A stretch of 62,890 nt of DNA, the filler included, from Octopus bimaculoides (lineage: Eukaryota): the NCBI RefSeq assembly GCF_001194135.2. It is 4 parts of 4 records of this genome, joined end to end, with 100 filler letters (N's around TTAATTAATTAA, not from the genome) between each part and the next. Parts side by side here need not be neighbours in the genome. Positions count along the whole stretch, not along the records: positions 19,798 to 28,598 come from NC_068989.1; positions 28,699 to 58,035 come from NC_068986.1; 2 more parts are not named here. One strand, written 5' to 3'. Made by a program: the position numbers and the translations under genes. Below the pieces are notes generated by a model. It was not told where the DNA came from. It worked only from the letters and a program-made list of their open reading frames with translations, and did no database searches. Of the stretch, positions 26,240-39,592 are shown one piece after another. How positions within the stretch are numbered: the first letter of the stretch is position 1; every line of letters starts with the position of its first letter.

Positions 26240-26475
26240 TATTAGCTTTTATTTTGGTTACAGGCGCAAGTTTATGTCTTGGGTAAAATATAATAGAAGA
26301 GGAACAGTTAATTATGATTTTATTCAACTTATTTCCTCTCACATTCACACAATTATTGCCAACGTTCCTTCAGTTTTTCTAAGAGATGTCAATGAACTCA
26401 GAATGTTGGGCCTCCAACAAGGCCTTTCACGATACTCTTAAAGCCAGGAACTTTGAAGCACCACCTCGTATTATA
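26240..26475 (-). mobile_element. Short non-autonomous mariner-like remnant
   Basis: TACGAGG-type end at ~26470 and an ERWQ*LCECERK segment like the mariner C-terminal RWQKCV...GEY. Confidence 0.55.
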
Positions 26476-26859
26476 TGCGTTTTAAAAAGATCTATTACTA
26501 CGCTATTATGGGATTGCCTCTTAAACATATATCGTTATCCATTATGTGACTATTCTTATTATTATGAGTTTTCGGCATAATGCCTGGAAATTTCATTATC
26601 CTTGTCCAGGAAATTGTTTTATGTTCACATTTTGCATTACCGATAAGTATTTGATTACTAGCATAAATCTATTTTTTTACATGATTTTTTTTTCTATTTA
26701 ATTTTCATGGTTGTGTTGTAAGAAGCTTGCTTCCCAACCAAATGTATCTGGGGTCCAGTCCCACTGCGTGTTAACTTTAGCAAATGTTTTCTACTATAGC
26801 CTCGATTTGACCATAACCTTGTGAGTAAATTGGCTTCAAGAAACCTAAAAAGGCCCGTC

Positions 26860-26901
<42 letters not shown>

Positions 26902-28556
26902 TATTTATTGCTTAAGGCATCTCAATGGAAAGCTTTGGTTCGCTGACATGCGAATTTCTTTGTAAGTCATTTAAATAGTCCTGTGGCGTATATAAAAGCA
27001 ACGACAGTATTTGAAACAAACGCGGTTGTATTACACAAACTTAATTACTATTAATATTGTAAAAAAACACTTACAAGAAAACTAACATTAAATATAGAGT
27101 AAAACAATAATTCTAAGCTCTTGGCTAAATGTAGAAAGCCAGCTGGACCAGATCGTCTGTATTTTACGCTTAGGAATCACGTATTCAAATTCATTTCAAT
27201 TTTAAATGCATATCGTTTAATATCTCTAACAACGACAACAGTCTTACTCACTGCATATTTTATGCGTTCATGTACTTTGTTATTCCAACTTTAGTCCAAC
27301 GGACTGCACAACAAGTGACATCACTGAGAATAATTTAGCTCGCTGATTTAAAACGCTGATTTGGCAAAGAGGTTTTCCGCAGTTTTATTAAATGACTCCT
27401 CTCACGAAAACTATGATGTACAGAAGATGATTTATGGGAATCAGTGGCCCTCAATACAAAAATAATCCTGAAATGAATGAGCTACTTTTGTCGCAGCATG
27501 TTGCTTAGAGAACCAAAAGAAAATGGCGCCTATGTTCGCACAAAGTACCTAAACCTCAGGACTGACGATTATATATAACAAGAAAAAATAGTACGACTAA
27601 GAACCACACACTTCTTACATACAAGACTTTTAATACAAATATACTTGCAACACAAATACTTGCTATACAAATAGCAACACGAACATAAGGCACAGCAGAT
27701 GCCCTAGGCGCTGAGAAGTTTATTGAATGTATGCAACAAAAATAAGATTATTAAATGACAGCGGAAATACTTTCTAATCTTGGCAAATGGTCAGCAAATT
27801 TGATGGTGAGTGATGGTCACTTATATCAACGACCCAGTGAAAAGAAATGTAAAATGACCTCGTTCAAATTTGAATTCAGAATATATGTCATTGATTACGA
27901 TACTTCAATTGATATTTATCCAGTTTGAAAGTTGAAACGCAAAGTTGACGTTGGAGACATTCTGGTCCAGAACGTAAAGAGCCGCAATGCATACTGCAAA
28001 AGCATTTGCTTCGACGCTCCATCCATTTGCCCAATATATTCTTAAAGTAATGATAATTGATTAAACTTCTGGCACATGGCTACAGTGTTTGTATTTGAAT
28101 GGAAAATCGATTACATGAATTCCAGTCGTGAAATGATACGTTTTCACAGACTCGGTGGAGTTTGAACTCAGGATGAAAAGACGAACTAAATGTCACTAAC
28201 AAATAGCAATAACAAAAACAAAAACTGAGAAATGAAAATAGTAATGTTATCTTGAGAACAAAAGTGCCTCTTCGTGATCTCCCAATCTGACAAAATTAGC
28301 AAACGCTAAGCTATCCACGCACAACCCATGACCTTATACAAAACATACATTGTCCGACATAACTTAGGATGTTCACAGATGGAGTGACTGTGATTATATA
28401 TTTCCCTATTATTATCCAGTATGGGGCTTAACGTGAACAGCAACAAGCATGATAATATAATAAAATGAGGAACGACAAAATTTTAATAACAGATTCATCA
28501 GAAACAAGTAAAAACTAATAAAAAGCGTAGACAAAAATAGATAAATATATATATAT

Positions 28557-28598
<42 letters not shown>

Positions 28599-29255
28599 NN
28601 NNNNNNNNNNNNNNNNNNNNNNNNNNNNNNNNNNNNNNNNNNTTAATTAATTAANNNNNNNNNNNNNNNNNNNNNNNNNNNNNNNNNNNNNNNNNNNNGA
28701 AGAAGAAGAAGAAGAAAAAGAAGAAGAAGAAGAAGAAATGCCCGGATGCAGTACCAAGCAGTGGCTCTCATGGCTTCTGATCTTAATTGATTGGAAGTGT
28801 TATCATGAACATTGTTTTGTCTTGGTATAAAAGATGGGCTACAGCAAATATTCTGCTCAATACCACAGATTTGCTTGTCAGTTGTTTGACCTTAACCAGT
28901 TGAGCATGTCCCTTGGTGGCTGCCGATATGTGCTTCTCTGATCACGAGCAGAAGTAAGTAGTGGGGGAGCATCATAGCCATGTGTTGAGAGGGCAACTCA
29001 ATATGAAGAAAATTCTAGCTGGGCCCCACCAGTAAGGTCATGCGCTGATATCTTGATATAAGGTCACCATGTCGCGCACACATGGTTGTGATGCATGTGG
29101 CTCGTGTACCCTTATCAGATGGGTAGTCATGATGAGCTTATAGGTTTCGTACATCTGTACCTCAGTGTCACTTTGATAGCATGCACTGCTCTCTCACTCA
29201 AGAAGAAGAAGAAGAAGAAGAAGAAGAAGAAGAAGAAGAAGAAGAAGAAGAAGAA

Positions 29256-30900
29256 AGGATCGCTGTGCAACTGGATGACTGCCTGCAGCATTGTCACGTC
29301 CCTACTTGGATGACAAGTGGACGAAGGCTGCTATGGCTCAAAGATCCCTTGAAAGGGAACTTGGCATTAAATTTTGGACTTACCACTAATGTGGAAGCTT
29401 CTGACCAATGTCTTGGCGGAAGAGTTATATAACCTATACTTCCAGGAGAACAGAAAGGATGCAGGAATCAAAGTAGGGCAACAAAAGATCACTTATTAGT
29501 TGAGAAGATAATAATTAGAAATTGTAAACGCAGATTGACGGGACTGAATGACTAGATTACAAAAAAGCATATGACGTGGTACCAAACAGTTGGGTAAGTA
29601 AAACAATGAGCATATTTGGAATAGCAAAGAACATTGAGGAAATGGTCAATGAAAATATGAAATATTGGAATACTGAATTGACCGGAGGGAAACAAAAACT
29701 TGGAAAAGTGAACATAAGACGTCGAATACTCCAAGGTGATAGCTTATCTCCTTTACTATTCGTATTGGTCATGACACCGCTCACTATGATACTACGACAA
29801 GTTAAAATTACTTATCGTTTGCGAAAAGGAAATGGTCGGTTAAATCATCTTTTTTTTATGGATGATATAAAGGTTTTTGCGAAACAAGAGAAACAGCATG
29901 AAAGTTTTGCACATACTATCCACATTTTCTCAAATGACGTAGATATGGAATTTGGGATAGAAAAGTGCACCAAATTGGAAATGAAACGAGAAAGGTTTGA
30001 AAGAAGCCAAGGAATTGAAATGCCAAATGGGAAAACAATGAGAGCGGTTGAGAAAGGACAGTGGTATATGTACTTGGGAATACTGGAAGCAGATGAGATT
30101 TTTTTTTTAAATGAAGGAAAGAAGTAAATTGCCAGTAGTGCGTACACAAGGAGAGTCAGAAAATTATTGCAGTCAAAGCTGAATTCCAAAAATCTTATTG
30201 AAGCAATAAATCCAAGAGCAGTACTCTTAATCAGATATAGTGTTGGAATTATAGATTGGACGAGAAACGATGTAAAGGAAATTGACAGAAAAGCTAGGAA
30301 GTTGTTGACGATGTATGAAGCCCATCATCCGAAAGCAGAATGCCCCAAGTTGACACAGGAACAATATAAGAAATGGAGGCACGACCAGGTTGTAAAAGCT
30401 TTACATTGAAGACTGTGTCAGAAATGGGGATTTGAAGCCGGCCACACATGGTACAATCCTTCCAACAGATCAGAAGTTAGAAAATAATAAACCAGATATT
30501 ACAATCATAGATAAGGAATAGAGAAGTTGCTTACTTATCAGTCCATCATGCCCGTTTGATTCCAAGATCGGAAAGAGGGAGAAAAGCAAAGAAGATACAA
30601 TCCTTTAAAATTTTTAATAAGAAGAATTTGGAGCATGCGAACAGTAAAGGTATTACCTATAATAGTTGGTGCGTTTGGAACAGTAAGCCAAGATATAGAG
30701 AAATTTCTGAAGGAAATTGAAATAGAAAACCCGGTAGAGCAGCTACAGAAATTTTGCCTCTTAGTGACAGCAATGATTAACAGGAGGGCTCTAAGCACTT
30801 GAAAGACTGCAAAAAACGTGTGGATACCTACGGTTACAAGTAGTAACCTGCTACCAACATAAATCCTACCGGGAATGAGACCAAGCCTGAGCTTTGTTTC
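29256..30900 (+). mobile_element. 5'-truncated, degraded R4/Dong-type LINE (RT plus restriction-like endonuclease)
   Basis: RT motifs VPTWMTSGR, ILQGDSLSPLLFVL, NHLFFMDDIKVFAK, YLGILEAD; thumb EAINPRAVLLIRYSVGIIDW; KWRHDQVVKALHW; PDITIIDK; KVLPIIVGAFGTV. Several stops, frameshifts and internal deletions. Confidence 0.92.
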
Positions 30901-31329
30901 TATAACCCTAAATATTAATATGCGAACTATTGTTTTTTTGCGTACGTACCTGTGGTGTGTGTCACACTTACTTCAAAGGAAGAGGTAAAAAGATTGAAGG
31001 GATAGGTACAAAGAAAAAGAGAAATAAAATGTGTTAAGCAGAGAAGGTATAGTGAAAGTGAATGGCAAAGCGGGAGAGAGGAGGGACATAGAGGAAGTGG
31101 GAGAGAAAGAGAGACAGTGAGAGAGACAGTGAGAGAGACAGTGAGTGGTTACTGAAACCAAGGTGGCATTCCTTTTTTTTTTAATGGTTAACAGTATTTT
31201 CAGATGCATACATCGAAAGAAAAATAGATACATACATACACATATTGTTAAATTAAGAGCGAGAGAGAGGAGTGACAGAAAGAAAGTGAGACAGAAAGAG
31301 AGAGTGAGAGAGACAGTGAGTTGTGACTA

Positions 31330-32130
31330 AGAGGAAGGTGGCGTTCGACCAGCAAACTAGATAACCAACGCATTACACACTCAAGGCGCAATGCAAGCAG
31401 TAATACAACAAAAAACTGCACCACACCTCAAGAGAAAAATTTTGATGCATTACAATACCGGGGAAGAGTTTGCACACTCTCAACAACAGAAAAGACCCCA
31501 CAATGCTGCATACACCCCAGCAACACTGAGGAATAGCAGGTGATGCAGTAGAAATTTACCTGAAGCTATCAAATGTTGAACAATTATATAATGATAATAA
31601 CAGAGCATTAGACCAAAAACGAAACTAGAAGACCCTAACTATGCATGGAATACTTCATCCAATAGCAAACGTCAAGTGTTTGTACCTGCAGCAGAAGACT
31701 GGACAGAAGAGAGAATTTTTGATTGTGTAAATGACAAACAAATGTAAATAAAACACTACTATGGAAAAAGTAAAGAACAGTTTTTACATGCTGCAACAAA
31801 ACTATGGTTTATGTGAGGTGAAGGTGAAGAGGGGGAAAAAGCATAATAATAAAAGAGTCGTTAGAAGAAATGCAGTTACATGGATAGTTCCACAAATACA
31901 CCGGTAACGTGAAGAAGGATACTGCAACAGATCTAGGACTTACTTGAGCAGAGGCTGAGGAGAAGAAATCATAATAAAGGAGGAAGCGCTACAAGAAATG
32001 CAGTTATATGGACAGTTCCACATATACACCAAAAATGTATAAAATCATGACTCTCCGTCTGAGTGGCTCTGGAAACATCGAAAGAGAGAAACATCGAACG
32101 AGAGAAACATCGAACGAGAAAAACATCGAG
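31330..32130 (+). mobile_element. Older R4/Dong-type LINE fragment
   Basis: LTMHGILHPIANVKCLYL corresponds to TMHG.LHP.ADV.RLYLPR; a downstream QLHG.F motif occurs twice. Confidence 0.65.
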
Positions 32131-33214
32131 AGAAACTTAGAGCTTATAGGTGGGATGTGCTCAGATTAAACTCTAAAGATAGGGTTGTTATTCTACTACT
32201 TCGATGAAGGAGAGTTGCTTATGCAACCAGCAATGAAAATATTCAGAGTATTATTAAAGGCAGCAAACTGTTAGCTCTGAAAGAATATGGGTGACGTCAT
32301 GATAAGGTTTGTTTCAATTTACACTAATGACTTTTTAACATCTGTAATACAATGCTTCTCACATGTGATATAATCATGTACCAGAAAATGCTCTGCACCT
32401 GGTAAACCCCAAATTCCATGGTACGCTTACTTCCAGACAGACAGAACCACTGAACTCCGTAGATCAGATGGCATTAAACACTACATATGAAAAAAAGAAG
32501 CAAAAAATTATCGACAAACGATTGGAAAATCCTGCGAAATGTGATAATTTCAAAGCAGAGGTATTAGAGATGTGTTGGTAATCAACTTCAAAAGTATAAG
32601 CAGTACCAGTTATCATTGGAGAATTACGTTCAATCCCAAATGAAACTGGTGTATTGCTTGGATGGCAGCAGTGGTGGTGTACTGATGGTTGTGCTGGTGG
32701 TGGAGTTGGTGATGGGGCCGGTGGGGCCGCTCCTGAGGTCATAGTTGATGATAATGCCGATTCTGATTCTGATGGTGTTGGATGAAATAGGGAAAAAAAC
32801 AGTTAAAGACGACGAATGAAGACTGAGAAAGCTGAAACACTGTCATTACAAACAGTGGTTTTTATGGTAGTATCTGCGGTAGTATTGAAAAATAAAAACA
32901 AAAATCTATGTTAGAGCCACAGTGGTTAAGCGTACTTGTGTTACAGTTTACAGCAGAACTGTTGCAACTGCTGCTGGTGTTGGTGGTAGAGCTAGAGGGC
33001 GGAGGAGCAGCAAAGGTGTGGATAGAAAGATATCTGGTGCGATAAGCAAGAGTCACAGATTAGGTGGAGATAACTGAATAAGAAATAGTGGTGAGCTAGT
33101 GATAATGAATAGAGCGACAGAGGTCATGGTATACTGGCATTAGCTAGGAGATATACCGATAAAATACAAACACAGAAGATATATATATATATATGAATCA
33201 GTGTATGTATATAC

Positions 33215-33257
<43 letters not shown>

Positions 33258-33704
33258 TGTGTGTGTGTGTGAGTATGAATGTAGGTATATATTTAAGTGC
33301 GTGCGTGTAAATTCTTTTTACTTTTTGCTTTAGGTTTAAGGATGTATACATGCATACGTAGATAAATAGACGGAAAAGTAGCCTGAGTGATATGGAGATG
33401 CATGTAGATATTATACATACATACATGCATGCATGCATACGTACATACATACATTCATACATGCATACATACGTACATACATATATACATACATACATAC
33501 ATATATACATACATAAATACATACATACGTGCACACATACATACATACATACATACATATATACATACATGTATATATACATACATGCTTGCATACATTT
33601 ATGGGTGTAAGCATTTATTTCTTCTCATTACTGAAAAAACGTCCTGTGCATATAACCCCAAATTCTGTATTCGTTATATACGTACACTCTTTCATAAATA
33701 TATG

Positions 33705-33736
<32 letters not shown>

Positions 33737-33872
33737 TATACATATGTACATATANNNNNNNNNNNNNNNNNNNNNNNNNNNNNNNNNNNNNNNNNNNNNN
33801 NNNNNNNNNNNNNNNNNNNNNNNNNNNNNNNNNNNNNNNNNNNNNNNNNNNNNNNNNNNNNNNNNNNNNNNN

Positions 33873-33903
<31 letters not shown>

Positions 33904-33904
33904 G

Positions 33905-33957
<53 letters not shown>

Positions 33958-34272
33958 TATACATATACATACATGAGCAATTTTTTAAGCAATGAATTTT
34001 GCGTTCAGATTACTGAGCGTTGATTTACTCCTGATCTGAGCCCCCGAAAAGGTTGCAACAATCTACTATATTGTATCTAGGGTGTAGACATATCGATTGG
34101 GGGATCTCTATGTTTCTTTTTAGGATTAATGCCATTGCCAGAGTTTGTATTTTTCCAAAATAATATTTCAAAATACGGCATATATATATATATGAAATAT
34201 ATGAATATATGAGTGTGTATGTATACATACATATATGTGTGTGTATATGGATGTATGTATGTATATGTATGT

Positions 34273-34303
<31 letters not shown>

Positions 34304-34693
34304 TGTATGTATGTATGAATAAATGTATGTACACATGAATGTGTGTATGTGTATAAATCTATATCTACTTATCTGTTTGTTTGTGTGTGTGTGTGTGGGT
34401 GTGGGTGTGCGTGCGTGCAGACATTATATTTGATATGTATTTGTGACGGTGGTGAAATGATAGTATAACGAATTGGTAGAGCATCGGTCGAACTAAATCT
34501 GTAACTGAAGAGTGTCTAATCAGTCTCCTTTTTTCCTAGCGCTTTCAGTTCAAATCACGCGTAGCTCAGATTTGTATCGTATTTCGTTCCTCTGCTTACC
34601 ATGTAAGAAATACCAGTTACATCAAATGTATTTCTACTCGTCTTCTTTCTGATAAACTTCGGTTCTAAAGTACGATATTAATGTTTCAGTGTG

Positions 34694-35075
34694 GAGGCGC
34701 AATGGCCCAATGGTTAGGGTAGCGGACTCGCGATCATAGGATCGCGGTTTTGATTCCCAGACCGGGCGTTGTGAGTGTTTATTGAGCGAAAACACCTAAA
34801 GCCCCACGAGGCTCCGGCAGGGGATGGTGGCGAGCCCTGCTGTACTCTTCCACCACAACTTTCTCTCACTCTTACTTTCTGTTTCTGTTGTGCCTGTATT
34901 TCAAAGGGCCAGCATTGTCACACTCTGTGTCACGCTGAATATCCCCAAGAACTACGTTAAGGATACACGTGTCTGTGGAGTGCTCAGCCACTTGCACGTT
35001 AATTTCATGAGCAGGCTGTTCCGTTGATTGGATCAACTGGAACCCTCGACGTCGTAAGCGACAGAGTGCCAACAA
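34694..35075 (+). mobile_element. Near full-length tRNA-derived SINE
   Basis: Head GGCGCAATGGCCCAATGGTTAGG (A box) ... GTTTTGATTCCC (B box); its 3' half is shared with 54470-54617. Confidence 0.9.
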
Positions 35076-36310
35076 TGTTTCAGTACCTGAGATAGTAGCC
35101 ACGTGCAAGTTATCGAATTCTCGATGTGCTTTCAGCTTTTACATGGAACATTTGGCATGAGGAAAAGAATGCAAGGCACAACATCATATATTTTCTCCTC
35201 TACATTCGTTCAAAATAGATCGTTGTTCTTCTTGATGTTTATTAAAAGGCAAAGTTATTCCCGGCAAGATTTGAACTCGGAACATAAAGAAACCTGAAAA
35301 AATATTGGTTTCAAATTTTTACTCAAGGTCAGCAAGTACGAGGTAGCGAGTAAGTTGATTACATCAACTCCAGTTTCTAACTGGTACTTATTTTATTGAA
35401 TCAAGAAGAATGATAGGCAAAGTCGACCTCGGCGAAACTTGAACTCAGAACGTAAAGTTGGACGAAATATCACTAAACAATTTACCCGGCGTGCTAACGA
35501 CTCTGCCAGCTTGCAGCCTTAGAGCAAAATATTTTTATCTGACACTCAGATAAAAAAAATCATATATCTTTTCCTCTACACTTTCAAAATACACTGACGT
35601 TGTTCTTTTTGTTACTTAGTTCGAGGTCAGGTTTGATCGATTAAATCTTTGGTAACGGGCATGCTGCGGCTGTGAGTTTCCCTGCATATTTTCAGACGCA
35701 ATACATTATATACTTGTTTTAGACTGTAGAGTGTGATATAAAAGAGATTTTAAATCATAGCCTACTGCTTCAAACACGTATAATACTTTAAAATAGTGGT
35801 AGGATCTTTTAAGGCTCCATTACTGTATAGATTTTCTTTTTCCAAAATAGACCATTAGATTTGGAGTGAGGCCGAACTGATTTCTTTCATTTGCCATACC
35901 ATGTTTTCACAAGCAAGTTGATGACCTATTTCCCATTTATTTAAAAGAATTCTTGTGAACATAAAATCTTGTTTTGAAAGTGTCTTCTATGGTTCAGATG
36001 CAAGTTTTAAATGTATTTTATATGGTATTTTTAGCATTCTGAGCAACCGCGTCGAAAAATTAATTCATACCTCTCAAATAATTAATTTAGGTGTAGTAGG
36101 TCGTTAGCATAAGTATGTATGTACAAATATGAAGGTGTGTATGTGTGTCATGCTTGTGTATATATTACGCCTGTGTGCTTGTGTGTGCCGTGCATCTGTG
36201 TGTGCGTAAGTGAGTGTGGAAAGGAAGCGTATTGCATATCTGTTGAAGTTACATATCGAATAAAATAGTGTAACAGTAAAACACATGAAGAAACAGAAAG
36301 GTGAACGAGT

Positions 36311-36374
<64 letters not shown>

Positions 36375-36419
36375 TAAAATCAACGGTCTTTCTTTAGTCA
36401 TAAATCACAAAAGGCGGTT

Positions 36420-36625
36420 TCCTGGATTCTACAGCGTATAAATTTCTCCCTTAGACAGGACGCCAGTTCGTTTCAGGGTTACTCATTTTTGCCAGCTGAG
36501 TGGACTGGGGCAACGTGAAATGAAGTGTTTTGCTCAAGAACACAACGCATCGCCTGGTCCAAAAATCGAAACCACAATTTCATGATCATAGATGCAACAC
36601 CCTCACCACTAAGCCACGTACTTCT
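36420..36625 (-). mobile_element. tRNA-derived SINE with CORE-like central block (related copies ~17660-17815, 43427-43640, 54320-54617, 55930-56272, 57570-57740)
   Basis: Shared block CTTGAGCAAAACACTTCATTTCACGTTGCTCCAGTCCACTCAGCTGGCAAAAATGAGT after a tRNA-like head. Confidence 0.85.
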
Positions 36626-36654
36626 GTGATGGATAGACAAACAGGTAAAGAGAC

Positions 36655-36800
36655 AAACAAACAGACAGACAGACGAACTAACAGACTAACAGACAGACAG
36701 ACAGACTAACAGACTAACAGACAGACAGACTAACAGACTGACAGGCAGACAGACTAACAGACTAACAGACAGACAAGTAGACTAACAGACAGACAGACAA
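36655..36800. repeat. (GACA)n/(GACTAACA) compound microsatellite
   Basis: Directly visible. Confidence 0.9.
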
Positions 36801-37050
36801 GGTTGTATTTATCAATGATTTTACTTTTTTCTCTCACTTTTTTCTCTCACGAGTTCAGAGTGTTTTTAATTCATGTGTGTGTATGTGTGAGTGAGGATCA
36901 GAGGAAAGTGGGTCTGCTTATGTGTATGCATATGTATGTGTGCGAGTGTGTGTGTGTGTACATAAATATAGATGTATAATTATATGTTCATATATTTATA
37001 TATATACTCACATACACACACACCAACAAACATTTACATACACACACGTG

Positions 37051-37103
<53 letters not shown>

Positions 37104-37819
37104 GTGTGTGTGTGTGCGTGTATGTACGTGTATGTGTGTGTGTGTGTGTGTGTACATTTATGGAGACAGAATATGAATTTATATACAAGCTCACATATGC
37201 ACCTTAAAATATATGTTCACAGACATGTATGCATACGTGTGTGTGTATATATGTGTACGTGTGTGTGTATATATGTGTACGTGTGTGCGTGCGTATATGT
37301 GTGCGTGTGTCTGTGTCTGTGTATACATACATGCATATATGCATGCAGACATATACATGTTTGTATGAATGTACGTACATGCTTCATGTTTTCTTATACG
37401 ATTTTGTTTGGTATACTTTAAGAGTTTTCAAAAATAAGGATGAAACATCTTCGTTTGTAATATACAAGAAAGATTAGAAGGAATATTTGCTCAATGGAAT
37501 CCCTTTTGAACCAAATCAATGAAGATAAATATATCGTATTAAGATAATAGAAGCGAAAATCATAAGAGGAATACAGCCTGGGTTTTCTAAGAGTCGTGTG
37601 TGTGTGTGTGTGTGTGTGNNNNNNNNNNNNNNNNNNNNNNNNNNNNNNNNNNNNNNNNNNNNNNNNNNNNNNNNNNNNNNNNNNNNNNNNNNNNNNNNNN
37701 NNNNNNNNNNNNNNNNNNNNNNNNNNNNNNNNNNNNNNNNNNNNNNNNNNNNNNNNNNNNNNNNNNNNNNNNNNNNNNNNNNNNNNNNNNNNNNNNNNNN
37801 NNNNNNNNNNTATATAGGG

Positions 37820-38190
37820 GGGAGAATTCCCCAAAAAAAGACGAAGACAGGTGGTATAGACAACAAACAGATGTATTAGTATAACGCTTGGGAAGTGAAA
37901 AGGTCTTTAACGTTTCGAGCCTACGCTCTTCCACAGAAAGGAACACAGAAAGAAACAAGGAGAGAAAAAAAGAATGTGTAGTGGCTAGCGATCTATACAC
38001 ACACATTTTTTCTCTCTCCGTTATTTTGTTCGTTCTCTCTCGTTGTTTTCCTCTCAACCCTTTGTATCAAAGAGCGTAGGCTCAAAATGTCAAAGATTTT
38101 TCCATTCTTCCTGGGCGTCAAACTAATACACCTGCGTGTTGTTCCATCACCTGTCTTCATCTTTTTTCTGTAAATTTGAACTCTATATGT
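37820..38190. mobile_element. Two back-to-back diverged copies of the hammerhead-like repeat
   Basis: Left copy (minus) and right copy (plus) share AGAGCGTAGGCTC...AAAGA...ACTAATACA...CACCTGTCTTC. Confidence 0.8.
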
Positions 38191-38203
38191 ACATATCTGT
38201 ATC

Positions 38204-38266
<63 letters not shown>

Positions 38267-38718
38267 TTGCTGTTTTACTCTTTTTTCTTCTATCTACTAT
38301 TTTATTCCTTTTTTAAACTGTAAATTCCCTGTCTAGAACTTTCATACATACCTTGTCTCTGATGACGGAATACCCTCTGTATGGAGATGCTAACCTATCA
38401 CCAGAAACAGTTGTACGATATCCAATTAATTAATTAATTAACAAATTAATTAACTACTCCAAATTCACCTTACTCTAATTAAATATTCTAAATGACTCCT
38501 AAATGACTTGAGATACTCGTCCTGCCATTTATTTTTTGTTGTCCATTTTCCTCTAAAATATACCTGCTAACTCGAAAGCCTACTACGGAACCCTAGCTCC
38601 AGCCTCAGCTGTGTATTTGGAACCTAACGTAGGACCAATTATTACACTTACACAGCGTGCCTATTCGTTTAGATCACCAGTGAACTAAACCCCTCATATT
38701 CTTTATATATAATGCATG

Positions 38719-38749
<31 letters not shown>

Positions 38750-38839
38750 GTATGTATGTATGCATGTATGTATGTATGTATGTATGCATGTATGTATGTA
38801 TGTATGCATATGTATATGTGTGTGTAGGTGTGTGTAGAG

Positions 38840-39592
38840 CAGAGGTTACCAAACTTTTTTCACAACGGACAAGATGACAGAGAGAATGACGAGCGCGGGC
38901 TGCATAACTATTTTGTTCAATACAATACAGTGGTTATACTAAAAATAAAGACAATGAAGGCGACGAGCTGGCAGAATCGTTAGCATGCCGGGCGAAATGC
39001 TTAGCGGTATTTCGTCTGCCGCTACGTTCTGAGTTCAAATTCCGCCGAGGTCGACTTTGCCTTTCATCCTTTCGGGGTCGATAAATTAAGTACCAGTTAC
39101 GCACTGGGGTCGATGTAATCGACTTAATCACTCTGTCTGTCCTTGTTTGTCCCCTCGACGTTTAGCCCCTTGTGGGCAATAAAGAAATAAAAAATAAAGA
39201 CAGCCAACATATCTATTTACCAAAAATTTATCAAAACAGGTGACGTTAACAATAAGAGAGTTACATCACACCCAGTATGCACATATCCGAAACTCAAAAA
39301 TTAAGCACCAAAAAAGGTTAGTGAGATTCGTGAAGCTGGTGTTTAACTTTTAAGATATGATCAATATTTGCTTTGGAATTGCTGCATCCAACCGAGAGAA
39401 TTGCTTTCAGATGTTCATCAGCCACCCTCGTTCGATGTGCTGACTTCACATACCTCATTTTTGAAAATGTTTGCTCAAAGACATGAGTTGTTCCAAACAT
39501 TGATGTCATACCAGAGGCAAATGAACTCTCATTGCAGGTACTTACACAAAATGTACAGTGCAGCGGTGCGGGCCGGAGTTTGGTGACCCTTG
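38840..39592 (-). mobile_element. Internally deleted hAT (Charlie/SPIN-like) transposon with a nested SINE
   Basis: TIRs CAGAGGTTACCAAAC and GTTTGGTGACCCTTG; 8-bp TSD gtgtagag/gtgcagag; minus-strand MTSMFGTTHVFEQTFSKMRYVKSAHRTRVADEHLKAIL is the hAT C-terminal dimerisation region. Confidence 0.9.
38954..39189 (+). mobile_element. Young full-length tRNA-derived SINE inserted in the hAT element
   Basis: A box TGGCAGAATCGTTAG, B box GTTCAAATTCC, central GCCTTTCATCCTTTCGGGGTCGATAAATTAAGTACCAG; 13-bp TSD aaaaataaagaca at 38941-38953 and 39190-39202. Confidence 0.93.

Noticed and set aside
29181-29255. Poly-Glu/poly-Lys ORF starts
   Set aside because: A (GAA)n tract fused to a LINE fragment.
34694-34770. 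tRNA gene (also other SINE heads)
   Set aside because: A and B boxes run into SINE bodies with no complete cloverleaf.
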